A stretch of 64,000 nt of DNA from a virus. Shown one piece after another: positions 1 through 9,998 of the stretch (positions within the stretch are counted from its first letter, which is position 1; every line of letters starts with the position of its first letter). Location of the stretch: positions 1-64,000 of IMG/VR virus record IMGVR_UViG_3300005468_000016, one strand, 5' to 3'. The position numbers and the translations under genes are program-made. Under the pieces are notes generated by a model that was given only the letters and a program-made list of their open reading frames with translations, ran no database searches and was not told where the DNA came from.

Positions 1-117
1 CACCAGGCTGGCACCATCCAGGCGGGCACCATCCAGGCGGGCACGCACCAGGCTGGCACCATCCAGGCTGGCACCATCCAGGCTGGCACCATCCAGGCGG
101 GCACCATCCAGGCGGGC
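1..117. repeat. 15-bp tandem repeat (CACCATCCAGGC[T/G]GG) encoding the pentapeptide repeats
   Basis: About 7.5 near-perfect units directly visible. Confidence 0.95.
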
Positions 118-240
118 ATAGGCAAGATTCACACCTTGCTTCACGGCCAGTTCGACCGCCTCTTTTACGGAATCCGCCGCCGCCTCAAAGAGCACGGCTT
201 GCGTCAACCAACTAACGATCTGGATGGTCTTTTTATCCAC
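1..240 (-). CDS. Pentapeptide-repeat protein, N-terminal part (runs off the window edge)
   Basis: Manual translation from GTG at 240 (GGAGAG RBS upstream): MDKKTIQIVSWLTQAVLFEAAADSVKEAVELAVKQGVNLAY-ARLDG-ARLDG-ASLDG-ASLDG-ASLVR...; absent from the ORF track because it has no stop in the window. Confidence 0.85.
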   Translation of the reverse strand, partial: MDKKTIQIVSWLTQAVLFEAAADSVKEAVELAVKQGVNLAYARLDGARLDGASLDGASLDGASLVRARLDGARLDGASLV

Positions 241-432
241 GGTTCTCTCCTTGATTCCGTTTCCTGGCCGGTCCAACGGCCTTGAATTGCAAGCCGCATC
301 CCGGTCGGTTGTGCGATTGCGCCCACGCCAGATCCAGCGAGTCGAATATCGCGCGCTCGGTGTTCGGGTCGGTCTTGATCGTCCCGCGCATCGGGTCCTT
401 GCCGCATTTGCAGCGGTAGACATAGCGCTTGG

Positions 433-678
433 TCATCCGCCAACCCCAGCGGCGGTTGCCATCAGTGCCGCGTGACAACGCAGGGCCAGTCTCCCCTGCT
501 CTGTGATGTCGAATTCGACCCAGTCATCAATCTCTTTAACGACCAGCAGACCGCGTCGAGCCAACCCCCGAGCCGTGACAAGTTCTTCAGGCTGAACCGG
601 AGGCGTGCTCAGGGAGAGATCTTTATCCAGGGCGCCATCTTGCAGCCACCGGACTTCGATGTCTGACAGCGCTCTCAT
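433..678 (-). CDS. Hypothetical protein, possible winged helix
   Basis: MRALSDIEV... with LARRGLL...FDITEQGR; ATGA overlap with the upstream gene. Confidence 0.55.
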   Translation of the reverse strand: MRALSDIEVRWLQDGALDKDLSLSTPPVQPEELVTARGLARRGLLVVKEIDDWVEFDITEQGRLALRCHAALMATAAGVGG

Positions 679-854
679 CGCCCGCTCACCTTCTTGACGC
701 TCGGCAGCTTCTTGAGGATGGCGAACCCACCGTTCTCCAGCGCATGCTGGACAAGCCACGACATCTTGCGATCGGTGCGCTCGGATTCGGCTTCGAGCTT
801 TTCGACTACATCGGAAGGGAAGTAGAGGTTTTGCTTCCTCTTGTCATGCGGCAT
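675..854 (-). CDS. Small RHH-type protein, MXAN_4361/MXAN_4362 (TIGR04563)-like
   Basis: Manual translation, 59 aa (below track cut-off): MPHDKRKQNLYFPSDVVEKLEAESERTDRKMSWLVQHALE..., matching the family pattern DKRKQSLYFP...DRSLSWVVQ. Confidence 0.8.
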   Translation of the reverse strand: MPHDKRKQNLYFPSDVVEKLEAESERTDRKMSWLVQHALENGGFAILKKLPSVKKVSGR

Positions 855-941
855 GTAGAGAAGAAATCACACGGCGGTGTCCATGGCAAGAAAAATCAAC
901 CATGGTCCCGAAAATAATTCACGCCCCGTCGCTGATCCTGC

Positions 942-1148
942 TCACTTCGCACTTAACCCGCAGCCACCGCCGCAGACCGAACAGCAATAGCCGCCATCCG
1001 AGGGCGGCGGACAGGGCACGAGGTTGGCATAACTACAATGCGCGTGCTGGGTTTTCGCGGCGGCCTTGATATTGTCCGCACCCTTCTCGGCGAATGGTAA
1101 CCAACAGGTCGTCATGCTCAGGATCGCTATCAGGTAGAGGGTTCGCAT
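942..1148 (-). CDS. Small secreted Cys-rich protein
   Basis: Hydrophobic N-terminus and 7 Cys in the C-terminal half. Confidence 0.5.
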   Translation of the reverse strand: MRTLYLIAILSMTTCWLPFAEKGADNIKAAAKTQHAHCSYANLVPCPPPSDGGYCCSVCGGGCGLSAK

Positions 1149-1922
1149 CGTGGTATCCTTTTGTCGTGGTAGGTCGCTTGTAGTTCCGTCGCTACGCCGT
1201 CGCGAATCAACTTACTCCCGATGTCGCAGATCGTGGTGATGTCGCGGCAACGGTCGCAGGCGGTTCGGTGCTCGGTGAAGGGCGTTGACTTGGGCCACGC
1301 GGGCCAGGGGAGGGGTTTGGTCATGATGATTCCTCGATGGTGGCGACTTCGACACCGGGCCGTTTGGCGCATTCTTTATGCGCTGGATGCTGTATGCCGT
1401 CCTCGACAATCATCGTGTAACTGCGACCGCCAGCATACAGAAGTTTGTCGCAGATCCAGCAGAACGGGACCTTGGCGCGCGGCCTCTCGAACTTAATTCC
1501 CATGCGCCCCTCCCTTAATCCCCCACGTCGCCCGCCCGTCAACGAGCCCGTAATGCCGCCAGTTCCCCGGTCCAGGCGGCGGGTCGCGATCTCCATCGGG
1601 CGCGATGATGGTAAGGTCGCCGCTTGGTTCTTCGTGGGCGTAGCGGTTCCACTGCTTGCGGTCGGCTGGCGGTAGACAGTTGTACCAGTTGAGGGTGGCG
1701 GTCTTCATTCTGTTGGTTCCGGAATTGGACCGCGCCAAACTACCTGATCGCTCTCAGTCAAGTCTTGGCCATTCCGTCCGTAGCCCGTAAACAGTTGTCC
1801 GGCGCGATAGGAGTGCGTGCTCTCGTATCGCTGAACGAGCACCGGGGTAAAGCGTCTCTCTTCTGGATAACGATACCAGTACCATCCCGGCCCCGTCGGC
1901 TTGTCGATCTTCGGGTAGTCCA

Positions 1923-2186
1923 TCACCACAAATCCTCGCTATAAAGATTGGGTGGCCATTTCAGCGCCGCGATCTGCTCGACGCGCAGGGCGATGCTCGC
2001 TGCCTGTCTACGGTTCGCGAACCGTCCATCATCGAGCAAGAACCCCTGTTCCCAGGTTTCATCCTGCTCGCCTCGCACGCCTCGATTCAGGCGCATGTCC
2101 GAGATGACATCGTGATGCCGAGCGGGGGACGGCAGCGAATAGACCATGGTCCCGATTCGGATGGCGGCAGCGACGACGCGCGGCAT
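1923..2186 (-). CDS. Conserved phage hypothetical protein
   Basis: VVAAAI...RHH...QGF..DGRF..R.QA...LYSEDLW pattern typical of a widespread phage family. Confidence 0.7.
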   Translation of the reverse strand: MPRVVAAAIRIGTMVYSLPSPARHHDVISDMRLNRGVRGEQDETWEQGFLLDDGRFANRRQAASIALRVEQIAALKWPPNLYSEDLW

Positions 2187-2792
2187 GGTTGTTATCACTT
2201 GCAATTCCGTTCCTTCTGTCTCTTGGCCCATTCCAACCGTTCCTCGGCCAAGTAGACCCACTCGCAGGCTTTCCTGTCGGTGGCACAACTCGCCCTAACT
2301 TCCCTGAGATTAGCGGTCGCCTTGATAACCGCAGCTTCTGCCTTTTCGCAGTTGGCCGCATGGACGCCAGCCGGGACAGCGGAAAGACTGAACAGCGTTA
2401 AACAGATCGTCAAGCGGCGCATTACTTCACCTCCGCCGCGATACATTCCACGCATCTCTGTGGATAATCAGATGTGGTCGGTTTGCTGACGATCGTTCGA
2501 CGAAAGACCGAACAGAAGTCACTACGGGCGCCCAGTAGATTCTCGCAGCCGCCGCACTCCGTCTCGGTGGTATCGGCGGCCAGGGTCAAGCGTATCGATC
2601 TGACCAGCGGCGGGGCCATATGGAGCTTTTGTGCCGCCGCCAGCGTATACGTCTTCCCGGTCCCGTCTGACTCGCGCACAAGCCAAGCGTGAGTCTCGCC
2701 GATACTATTCACTGTCCGCACATCGCCGTTCTTATCGACCCGTCGCTGGCCTATCTCAAGTTCGGTCATCATCTGTCTCATAGGGGGCGCCC

Positions 2793-3809
2793 TCAGACAT
2801 CCTCTGCATACCCGTCGAGATAAGAGGCTTCGCATGCGCACGAAAACCCCTTTGGCCCGTGCTCGATGCGTTCTTTTTCGTCGCGGATGACGGCTAGGAA
2901 TTTCTGATTTGACCAAGTCGGCGGGCGTGGAGGCGGCAGCGGACCCGCGCGCAACGCCGTCTCAATCTCAAGTCGGTACTTCCGTTGTTCATCGAGGCTG
3001 CGATAACCGGGGAAGTTCTTACCGCCGAACATCGGGTAGTTGTCTTGGAGATAGAGCCAGACATCGCGGTGGCAATCCGATCGGCCGAGGTTTCGCGCCA
3101 AGTCGCCTTGGTCTTTCAAAAAGCAGCATGTACAGTTCCCGAGCCCTTCCGGAATATCCAAGTCAAACGACTGCTCAGACCACCATCTGAGAATCTCGTT
3201 TTTGTCGATTCCCGCATCGTACAGCGGTACCCGGAAAGCATGCGACCGGGTCTCCTGCTTCCGGAGACTTCCCACTCTATCGGGCTCATCGGCGCGCAGC
3301 CCCACGAAGGTTTCGTATTGCTCGATTCCCTGCGACAGAATGAACCGATCTTGCACCTTGTGCTTTAGGTGCGCCGTGCAGATGCGTTGCCGCGCCCATG
3401 GACTAACCGGCGGCTCGCCCTTGTGGATTCTGCGGTAAGCGGCCAGTGCCTCAAGCATCGCCAAGAACGGCTCCCCTTTTCGGGCTGCGGTTTCGTATGT
3501 CACCACGGCAAATTGAGCCTCGCGGGGGGGGGCTCCTAGTTTGGCTGGTGCGCGATATTCAAGCCATGTGATCGCCCGACCCAGGCCATCCTCAAGTCGC
3601 GCTAGAAATTCATACGTTTTCTTGTACTCAAGTCCGGTGTTCTCGAAACACAACTGGACGTGATCGGCCAGCATGCATCCCATGAACCCTGACGTGCGCC
3701 CCCCGGAGATTCCGGCTATGGCTGGCATATCCGGGTCTGTGTAGAATGCGCCGTAGTTTTGCAGCGTTCGATATCGCCCGTAGTTCATCTTGTTCATCGT
3801 TCGTGCCAA
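2793..3809 (-). CDS. PAPS-reductase-like / PP-loop adenine nucleotide alpha-hydrolase
   Basis: SGGRTS PP-loop, FENTGLE, RICTAHLK, VGLRADE, GNCTCCFLK motifs. Confidence 0.8.
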   Translation of the reverse strand: MARTMNKMNYGRYRTLQNYGAFYTDPDMPAIAGISGGRTSGFMGCMLADHVQLCFENTGLEYKKTYEFLARLEDGLGRAITWLEYRAPAKLGAPPREAQFAVVTYETAARKGEPFLAMLEALAAYRRIHKGEPPVSPWARQRICTAHLKHKVQDRFILSQGIEQYETFVGLRADEPDRVGSLRKQETRSHAFRVPLYDAGIDKNEILRWWSEQSFDLDIPEGLGNCTCCFLKDQGDLARNLGRSDCHRDVWLYLQDNYPMFGGKNFPGYRSLDEQRKYRLEIETALRAGPLPPPRPPTWSNQKFLAVIRDEKERIEHGPKGFSCACEASYLDGYAEDV

Positions 3810-5110
3810 TCCCTGTACGCCCGCCCATGCTCGTCCCGAATCCGCGCCAGCCGTTCGTCGAGAGATTCTTCTTGTTCAGCCGGTTGCTGCTGCGGTGGCT
3901 GCTGTTTCGGCGCCATGAACCACTCACATACCGGCTCATCGGCATGCGTGCTCCAGCGGTCGGAATCCACGTTTGCGCATTCCAGATTCGGCTCGTCGAA
4001 AAACGGGCAGGACGCGCAGGTTGTCATGGTTTGACCTGCAAGGCGATGGCGACCCGTCCACAATGAAGATCCTCTGCGTCCGATGCAGAAAAGCCAAGAT
4101 GCCGCAAGTTGGCGATTGCCCCGGCGACCATCCTTCGTTGTCGCCCGAGTTGTGTTTTGCCTGGCCGGCTTTGACCCTCCATCCACTCGACGGTTGCCAG
4201 CGTGCATTCGGTAAGCCAGCATAGCGCCTGCTGTCCGGTCTGATAGATGTTCATCACTCCCCTCCCGGCGGCTCGGGCAGCGGTTGCCAGTGTGCGCCAA
4301 TCTCGGTGACAAGGGCCGCTATTTGGCGACTTTCCTCGCCGGCATAGTCTCCGGTTTCTCTGTCGCGGTAAAACCACTCACAGGTTCCGTCCGGCCTCAC
4401 GTCTATGTCGAGATGGTGTCTGCCGTTATCCCAGACCAGTTCCATCCAGCCATCGGTGGTTGGCCCTGCTTGCGTGGGATCTCCATAGGCCGACAGGGCA
4501 TCGCAGACCGCCTTGATATGACCGACATGCTCGGCTGAGAAAATGCCACTACCCTCGGAAATCACCGATAGATAATGTTTCCAGCGGATAGTGTTTTCTT
4601 CACGGCTCAGGGCCTTGCTCATGCTCTCTTCCTCCCGGCCTACTTATGCAACTCGACGGTAATGGTCGGCTCCCCTGCGTTCGGCAGCCATCCGTGCGTG
4701 ATGGCAACCACGCGCAGGACCGGCTTATCTCGGCCCCGGCGCCCCTCTACCTTGTCGCCAATGCGAGGAAGGGCGGCAAATCCCTGTGGCCACTCCACTT
4801 GCTTGTACTCGTCGAGGTTCGTGAAACAGGTTGCACGGATCATCGGTGGCTCCTACATCCTGGTCCGGTTGGGGTTGAAAATCAGCGGCCAATGTTCTTC
4901 ATCGGGACCCGTTATGTAACCCATGGTCAAGGGCTGCCGCGGCTCCATCGGAATTACCGGCATCTCGGGTTGCTTCATGATCGCGCCGCAGCGCTTGCAC
5001 GACGGCACGGGCGGCACTACCGAGTACCAAGCAAACGGCACCGTTACGGGTCCGCCGCAGATCGAGCAGGTTCCTATCGTTCGGTTGTCCATGGTCAGCC
5101 TTCCGTTTGC

Positions 5111-5449
5111 TCAGAGGTCCACGCTCAGAACCGCTTGCCCTTTTTCGGCCACGATCTCTTCGTCGTTGCATTCGGCAATCTCGTCGATAATCTCGGCCCT
5201 TTCGTGTTCATTTTCACATCCAGCCAGCGCCTCCTCAAGTGGCCCGAGATAGACGCTCTTTGGTTCCCAGACATCGCCGGACGGGTTGATGTGGTCTTCG
5301 GTGAGCACATCCACGGCTTGAACGAAACCGCCGCGCTCCTCCCCCGCCCACATGACCTTCATGTCGAGTTGAGCATCGTCGAACGTGGCGATCTTGTCTT
5401 TGAGTTGTCGCCACATCATTGCCTTGTCACGTTCCTTGTTGCTGGACAT
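5111..5449 (-). CDS. Hypothetical acidic protein
   Basis: MSSNKERDK... with GGAG RBS; phage-like codon usage. Confidence 0.6.
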   Translation of the reverse strand: MSSNKERDKAMMWRQLKDKIATFDDAQLDMKVMWAGEERGGFVQAVDVLTEDHINPSGDVWEPKSVYLGPLEEALAGCENEHERAEIIDEIAECNDEEIVAEKGQAVLSVDL

Positions 5450-6012
5450 CTCTATCTCCTTTCGGTCTGATTCAACGCGCCCATGTGAGCGACGATCAAC
5501 CGCCTCAACGCCAACAAATCCCGCACGTCCGCCAGCAGTGGCGCGATCGGTCCTTGGTTCGGGTTGCGGTTGTAGCGGTCCACCAGATCTTGCACGCCCC
5601 TCGTGATGGCCTCCGGTTGCAGTGCGGCGGTGAGCATGTCGGTGGGGGTGGTCAATTCGCGCTCCTGTTAGATTCTCTCTCGGCGGTGTGTCCGAGTCGG
5701 CTGTCCCATTCGCGCGCATGCTTCTCGGTGAAATACCACGCCAGCCGCGCAATGTGCTCTCGGTACTCGCGGACTTCATCGGGGGTGCAGTGGTAGCCCT
5801 GGCGCTCGACGTGGTGCATACTCACTCCTGCTCGCCGGATTCGTGGCTGGCCGCCTTGCTGCTGCGCGCTATCTTGGCAAGTCCTCGCATCCTCTCGGCA
5901 CCTTCCAAAAGTCGCTCACGGTCTGGGTTGTCCGGATTCGCGGCCATTTCCTCGTATTCACTGGCCTGCCGCTCGCAATACTTGGCGACCAAGACGCTGA
6001 CATGCGTAGCCA

Positions 6013-7392
6013 TCACTCACTCCTCCGTGACAGGTTCGCGAACCGGGTCTGCTCGGCGATGTAGGCGACTTCGATAACGCCCGTCGCGCCGCCGCGGTTC
6101 TTGCCGATGATGATCTCCGCAATGCCCCGGTTGTCCGTCATCGGCGGGCGCTTGTCCGGGTCGTATTTGTTGTACATCTCGTCGCGGTACAGCAGCAGCA
6201 CCATGTTCGCGTCGGACTCGATAGACCCGCTTTCCTTGAGGTCGGAGATGAGCGGGCGCTTGTCGGGGCGGTCCTCGCACTTGCGGTTAAGGCTTGCCAG
6301 GGCAATGACCGGGACACGCAACTCCTTGGCCAGCGCCTTGAGTCCGCCGCTGATCTCCGCAACTTCGCGCTCCCGGCTGTGATGGCGTCGGCCTACGGAT
6401 GCCTGAACAAGCTGCATGTAGTCGAGAATCACGTACCCAGGCGCCGACGTGGTCAGCTTCTTTTTCCAACGGCGCGAGATGGCCGAGATGCTCAGCAAGT
6501 CCTGTCGGCCGTCGTCATCCACGCTGATTTGGTAGTCCCGCATATGCTGGACCGACCGCGTGAGGCGCATCCAGTCCGAGTCTCTAAGCATGACGCTACG
6601 GATGATTGCCCCGTCGAGTCCGGCATCTGCGCTCATCGCCCGCTGTCCGATCTCTTCGTCGATCATCTCCAGCGAAAACATGAGTCCCGGATGGCCACAC
6701 TCTGCGGCATGGAGCGCGAAAGTTTCCGCCCACGCACTCTTGCCAGCGCCCGGCCTGCCCGCCACGACAATCAACTGCCCCGGCTGAAATCCGCCCGTCA
6801 TTTCGTCGAGGTTCGTCAGCCCAGAAGGTACCCCGGTGATGGCGTTCTTTCGCTGCGACCGTTCCCTGAGCGCCGTGATCGTCGTGTGCAGAACCTGCTT
6901 GAACGTCTTCGGCTCTCGGCGCGCGGTCATGTCCGTGAGCGTCATCATCGCCGACTGGGCCGAGTCCACGACTTCCAGTACGCTGCGATCATCGCGGTAG
7001 GCGAGTTGACTGATGCGCGCCGATTCCGTGATGACCCGCCGCAGGATGCTTTTGTCTCGCACGATGCGGGCGCAGCTTTCCATGCCCTCGGGACTTGCCA
7101 CATCGTTCGCCAGTTCAGCGAGGTATGCATCGCCACCCACCGCGGCTAGTTTGGATATCAGACCAGCCCGTCGCATTTCTTCGCCGACCGTCACGATGTT
7201 GACCTCATGCTGCGAGGCCCGCAGATTCTCGATGGCGGCGTAGATCGCTTCATGCTTGGCGTCGTAAAAGTCATCGGGGCGCACCATGTCGTCGATGTCT
7301 TCCATCGCCCGCCGGCCGAAGATGAGCAGTCCGCCGACAAGCGTCCGCTCGGCTTCGTCGCTATGCGGAAGGATTCTTGCTGGCGCGTTCAC
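6013..7392 (-). CDS. dnaB: Replicative DNA helicase
   Basis: PHSDEAE N-terminus, Walker A GRPGAGKS, FSLEM, LDYMQL, RP.ISDLKESGSIESDAN, IIIGKNRGG. Confidence 0.97.
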   Translation of the reverse strand: MNAPARILPHSDEAERTLVGGLLIFGRRAMEDIDDMVRPDDFYDAKHEAIYAAIENLRASQHEVNIVTVGEEMRRAGLISKLAAVGGDAYLAELANDVASPEGMESCARIVRDKSILRRVITESARISQLAYRDDRSVLEVVDSAQSAMMTLTDMTARREPKTFKQVLHTTITALRERSQRKNAITGVPSGLTNLDEMTGGFQPGQLIVVAGRPGAGKSAWAETFALHAAECGHPGLMFSLEMIDEEIGQRAMSADAGLDGAIIRSVMLRDSDWMRLTRSVQHMRDYQISVDDDGRQDLLSISAISRRWKKKLTTSAPGYVILDYMQLVQASVGRRHHSREREVAEISGGLKALAKELRVPVIALASLNRKCEDRPDKRPLISDLKESGSIESDANMVLLLYRDEMYNKYDPDKRPPMTDNRGIAEIIIGKNRGGATGVIEVAYIAEQTRFANLSRRSE

Positions 7393-8344
7393 GGTCCTGC
7401 CTCATGGCCTCTCGGGCTAATCGTCTCGCTTCGCTGTCCGGCACGGGTTGATGGATGGGGTTCTGGCGTTGTTCGGGGGCTGGCGGTGGGGCGCGTTCTT
7501 TGCTGATCGCCTTCCGCGCGGGAGTCCTGGCCTTGCCAAGCAGGTTCGCGAAGTGGTCCTGCTCGCGGGCATGGACGGCCTTGTGGCACAACATGCTCAC
7601 CGCTACCCCGCGCTCCAGAAACCCCCACTCCGCCCCGCTGCCGATCAACTGGGCCATCGCATCAAGATCGGCCTGGCTCACCGGGTGCCGCGCGATGGCA
7701 TCCCGAAAGAGGCTCACCATTCGCTCGTCAGGAAGCTTTGAGGGGTCAGGGCCAGCGATTACCCTTGGCACCCCATCCGCGTCCTTGCTGAGCTTCCGGA
7801 AGCGGCACAACGCAGCCCTGGCATTGTCCTGGGTTGGCTCGATTATTGCGGTTGACTCTTCTTGTTTAGGATCAGAATCAGGATCTTGGTTCAGGTTTAG
7901 TATCAGGACCCTATCGGGTAGGGTATCGGATGGGGTATCCAATACAGTATTGGATAGGGTAATGGATAGGGTATCCGTTACCCTATCGACAAGAGGGGAC
8001 TTCCGAGGACAGACCCCGGCAAGGTGTCGCTTGACAGTGATGGCGATCTTGTTCTTGGGTCCAGAGATGTCGCCCAGGCGCGCAGCCATCTCTGGTATCC
8101 AGACCAAGTTACAAGCGCGATCGACCTCGACGAAACCTATCTTGATTAGCTCCTCAAGTGCATCATTGGCCTCTTGCTTCGTCGATTGCACATCAACGGC
8201 CATGTGAGCGACCGAGTACATGAAAAGGCCGCAGAGCGTGTTCTGCGGGTGCATGTAGAGCTTGAAATACAAAAGCTGTGCCCGCGGACTGCACTCGTTA
8301 AAAACCGGGTCCACCGTGATCGAAGTCGAGAAGCTCCGGATCAT
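7361..8344 (-). CDS. Phage replication initiator (lambda-O/DnaD-like organisation)
   Basis: N-terminal wHTH-like (DPVFNECSPRAQLLYFKL...LEELIKIGFVE), low-complexity linker with iterons, directly upstream of dnaB; start at 8344 inferred (open frame extends to 8491). Confidence 0.75.
   Translation of the reverse strand: MIRSFSTSITVDPVFNECSPRAQLLYFKLYMHPQNTLCGLFMYSVAHMAVDVQSTKQEANDALEELIKIGFVEVDRACNLVWIPEMAARLGDISGPKNKIAITVKRHLAGVCPRKSPLVDRVTDTLSITLSNTVLDTPSDTLPDRVLILNLNQDPDSDPKQEESTAIIEPTQDNARAALCRFRKLSKDADGVPRVIAGPDPSKLPDERMVSLFRDAIARHPVSQADLDAMAQLIGSGAEWGFLERGVAVSMLCHKAVHAREQDHFANLLGKARTPARKAISKERAPPPAPEQRQNPIHQPVPDSEARRLAREAMRQDRERASKNPSA
7868..7988. other. Putative replication origin (iterons inside the initiator gene)
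   Basis: 12-bp-period repeats TCGGGTAGGGTA, TCGGATGGGGTA, TCCAATACAGTA, TTGGATAGGGTA, ATGGATAGGGTA flanked by inverted ACCCTATC copies. Confidence 0.7.
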
Positions 8345-8418
8345 TGAGGTAAAGCCTTCCTCTTGCCCATCACAAAGGCCCATGCTGTGGAGTTCATGGA
8401 GAGAGAGCACCCATTCGT

Positions 8419-8850
8419 TTATTTCTCGTGGCATCGGCGAGGAATCAGATCCAGCCTGCGAATCAGAGGCGGAGGGACGATCTCTGGACACATCGCGGTT
8501 GGCGAAGTGCGGCGGTCCGGATTTCCGGTTGCGAAATGGTTAAAAAGATGATTCCCCATATGATGAAAATGAAGAATCCAGTAACACTCAGCATCATCGC
8601 CAAGTTCACGGGAATCATGCCCGCGTTCAATAATCTTCATTGTGGGAAACTGTCCCCGGCAATGGAGATCATAAATCCACTGTTTTAGTGGATGACGGTC
8701 TCGGTGATACGAGGAGACCGAGATTGCCTCTCGGATATGAGATGTGAATCTGATTTGCGGCGGGGCTCTGGTCAGGCCAACGTATCTGACAACTTCATCT
8801 GGACCAGAAAGAGTATAGACACACCAATCCCTATATGCGTTTCTCTTCAT
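8419..8850 (-). CDS. GIY-YIG nuclease family protein
   Basis: VYTL...VRYVGLT...RFTSH...E..WI...LFN; lower GC than flanks. Confidence 0.75.
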   Translation of the reverse strand: MKRNAYRDWCVYTLSGPDEVVRYVGLTRAPPQIRFTSHIREAISVSSYHRDRHPLKQWIYDLHCRGQFPTMKIIERGHDSRELGDDAECYWILHFHHMGNHLFNHFATGNPDRRTSPTAMCPEIVPPPLIRRLDLIPRRCHEK

Positions 8851-8857
8851 GGGGCAC

Positions 8858-9028
8858 CTACCGTTGAGGTTGAACTACCTGATCCTGCTTATCGCGGACC
8901 ATGCGCCAAGCCTGCGCCACGATCCACCCCGGCGCGCGATCGTTCTTTAGCGCCAAATTCCTGATCTCGTCGGCGATCTGCGGGGGGACGTAGATTTGCA
9001 TCTTCGTCGTGGTCTTCGGCTTGGCCAT
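8858..9028 (-). CDS. Small RHH-type protein (TIGR04563-like), second paralog
   Basis: KMQIYVPPQIADEIRNLALKNDRAPGWIVAQAWRMVR. Confidence 0.7.
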   Translation of the reverse strand: MAKPKTTTKMQIYVPPQIADEIRNLALKNDRAPGWIVAQAWRMVRDKQDQVVQPQR

Positions 9029-9036
9029 CTCTTTAA

Positions 9037-9077
9037 CCTCTATCACGGTATCTTCGGGTAGTCAAGTACATACTTGA
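9037..9077 (-). promoter_or_regulatory. Sigma70-like promoter with palindromic operator
   Basis: TTGACT-17-TAGAGG on the minus strand; palindrome TCAAGTA-CA-TACTTGA (9062-9077) overlaps the -35. Confidence 0.55.
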
Positions 9078-9590
9078 TGCGGATGCCCCACCCACAACCC
9101 CCGCGCGTTGTCAAGGGGAATTTAGGATGGTGGGGTGGAATTGGTCGGGTGAACCGTCTCGACGCGCTTAAACCCAAGCGCCCGCAGGAAATAGTGCCAC
9201 ATCCTGGTCGGCAAACTTCTCTCGGTCCTGGTCTGTCGTCTTAGTTCGGCTCTATGGCGTGGCGACATTCGATCGATGGAAGGTCCCGGACCATCGCACA
9301 ACCTCAGAGAGCAGGCGGAACACCAGAGCCCTTGGGGATTCAGCGGCGCATTGCACGCGATGCAATTATCACGGTTTAGATTCATGACTCCGTCCCTTCG
9401 TTAGCCACCTGCCGCCCCTCCATCAGCGCCCGCCCTTTCATCTCACAGGCGTGCATTCCGTCCCTGCGATGGTCTTGGATAAAGCCGTTGATCTTCAGAC
9501 CATACGGACGCAGGCGCCACCATCGCTTGCGCTGGTTAAGCAGATCGAACGGCTTGGGATGTCCGCCGCGTGCGTCTTTGTGAGAGCGGG

Positions 9591-9998
9591 TCATGTGCCG
9601 GGGCTCCAGTCACAAAGTACGCCGCCGGGAACCGCAGCCGTCTCGACAGCATCCATTTCGCGTTCGTAATCGGTGCTGTGCCATGCGTCCGACAGCGGCG
9701 CAATCGCGTGCGCTCGCACATCGGAACAATCAGCCAGCCACTCTGAGACATCGATCCGATCTTGCTCCGTCGCGCTGGCCCGCGGCTTATAACTGGTGAT
9801 ATAGAGTCGCGTGGCTTCGCGATTGCTACCGCCACCGCTGTCCAACTCACGCGACTCCAGCCAGATAATGAACTGCTCCAACCAGTCATCATTAACATCC
9901 GGACTCTCGATGTCGGTCCTGGCGTGGGCGGCAAAGACGGTAAAGCCCAATTCGCGAAACTCACCGACACGCTTTTTCTTGCGAAGACGTTTCTTCAC
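9591..9998 (-). CDS. yggL: YggL/DUF469 family ribosome-associated protein
   Basis: MKKRLRKKKRVGEFRELGF N-terminus, GGG, ATEQDR..V..WL...V....L.DAWH. Confidence 0.85.
   Translation of the reverse strand: MKKRLRKKKRVGEFRELGFTVFAAHARTDIESPDVNDDWLEQFIIWLESRELDSGGGSNREATRLYITSYKPRASATEQDRIDVSEWLADCSDVRAHAIAPLSDAWHSTDYEREMDAVETAAVPGGVLCDWSPGT

Noticed and set aside
1-117. CRISPR array or terminal repeat
   Set aside because: Explained by pentapeptide-repeat coding on the minus strand.
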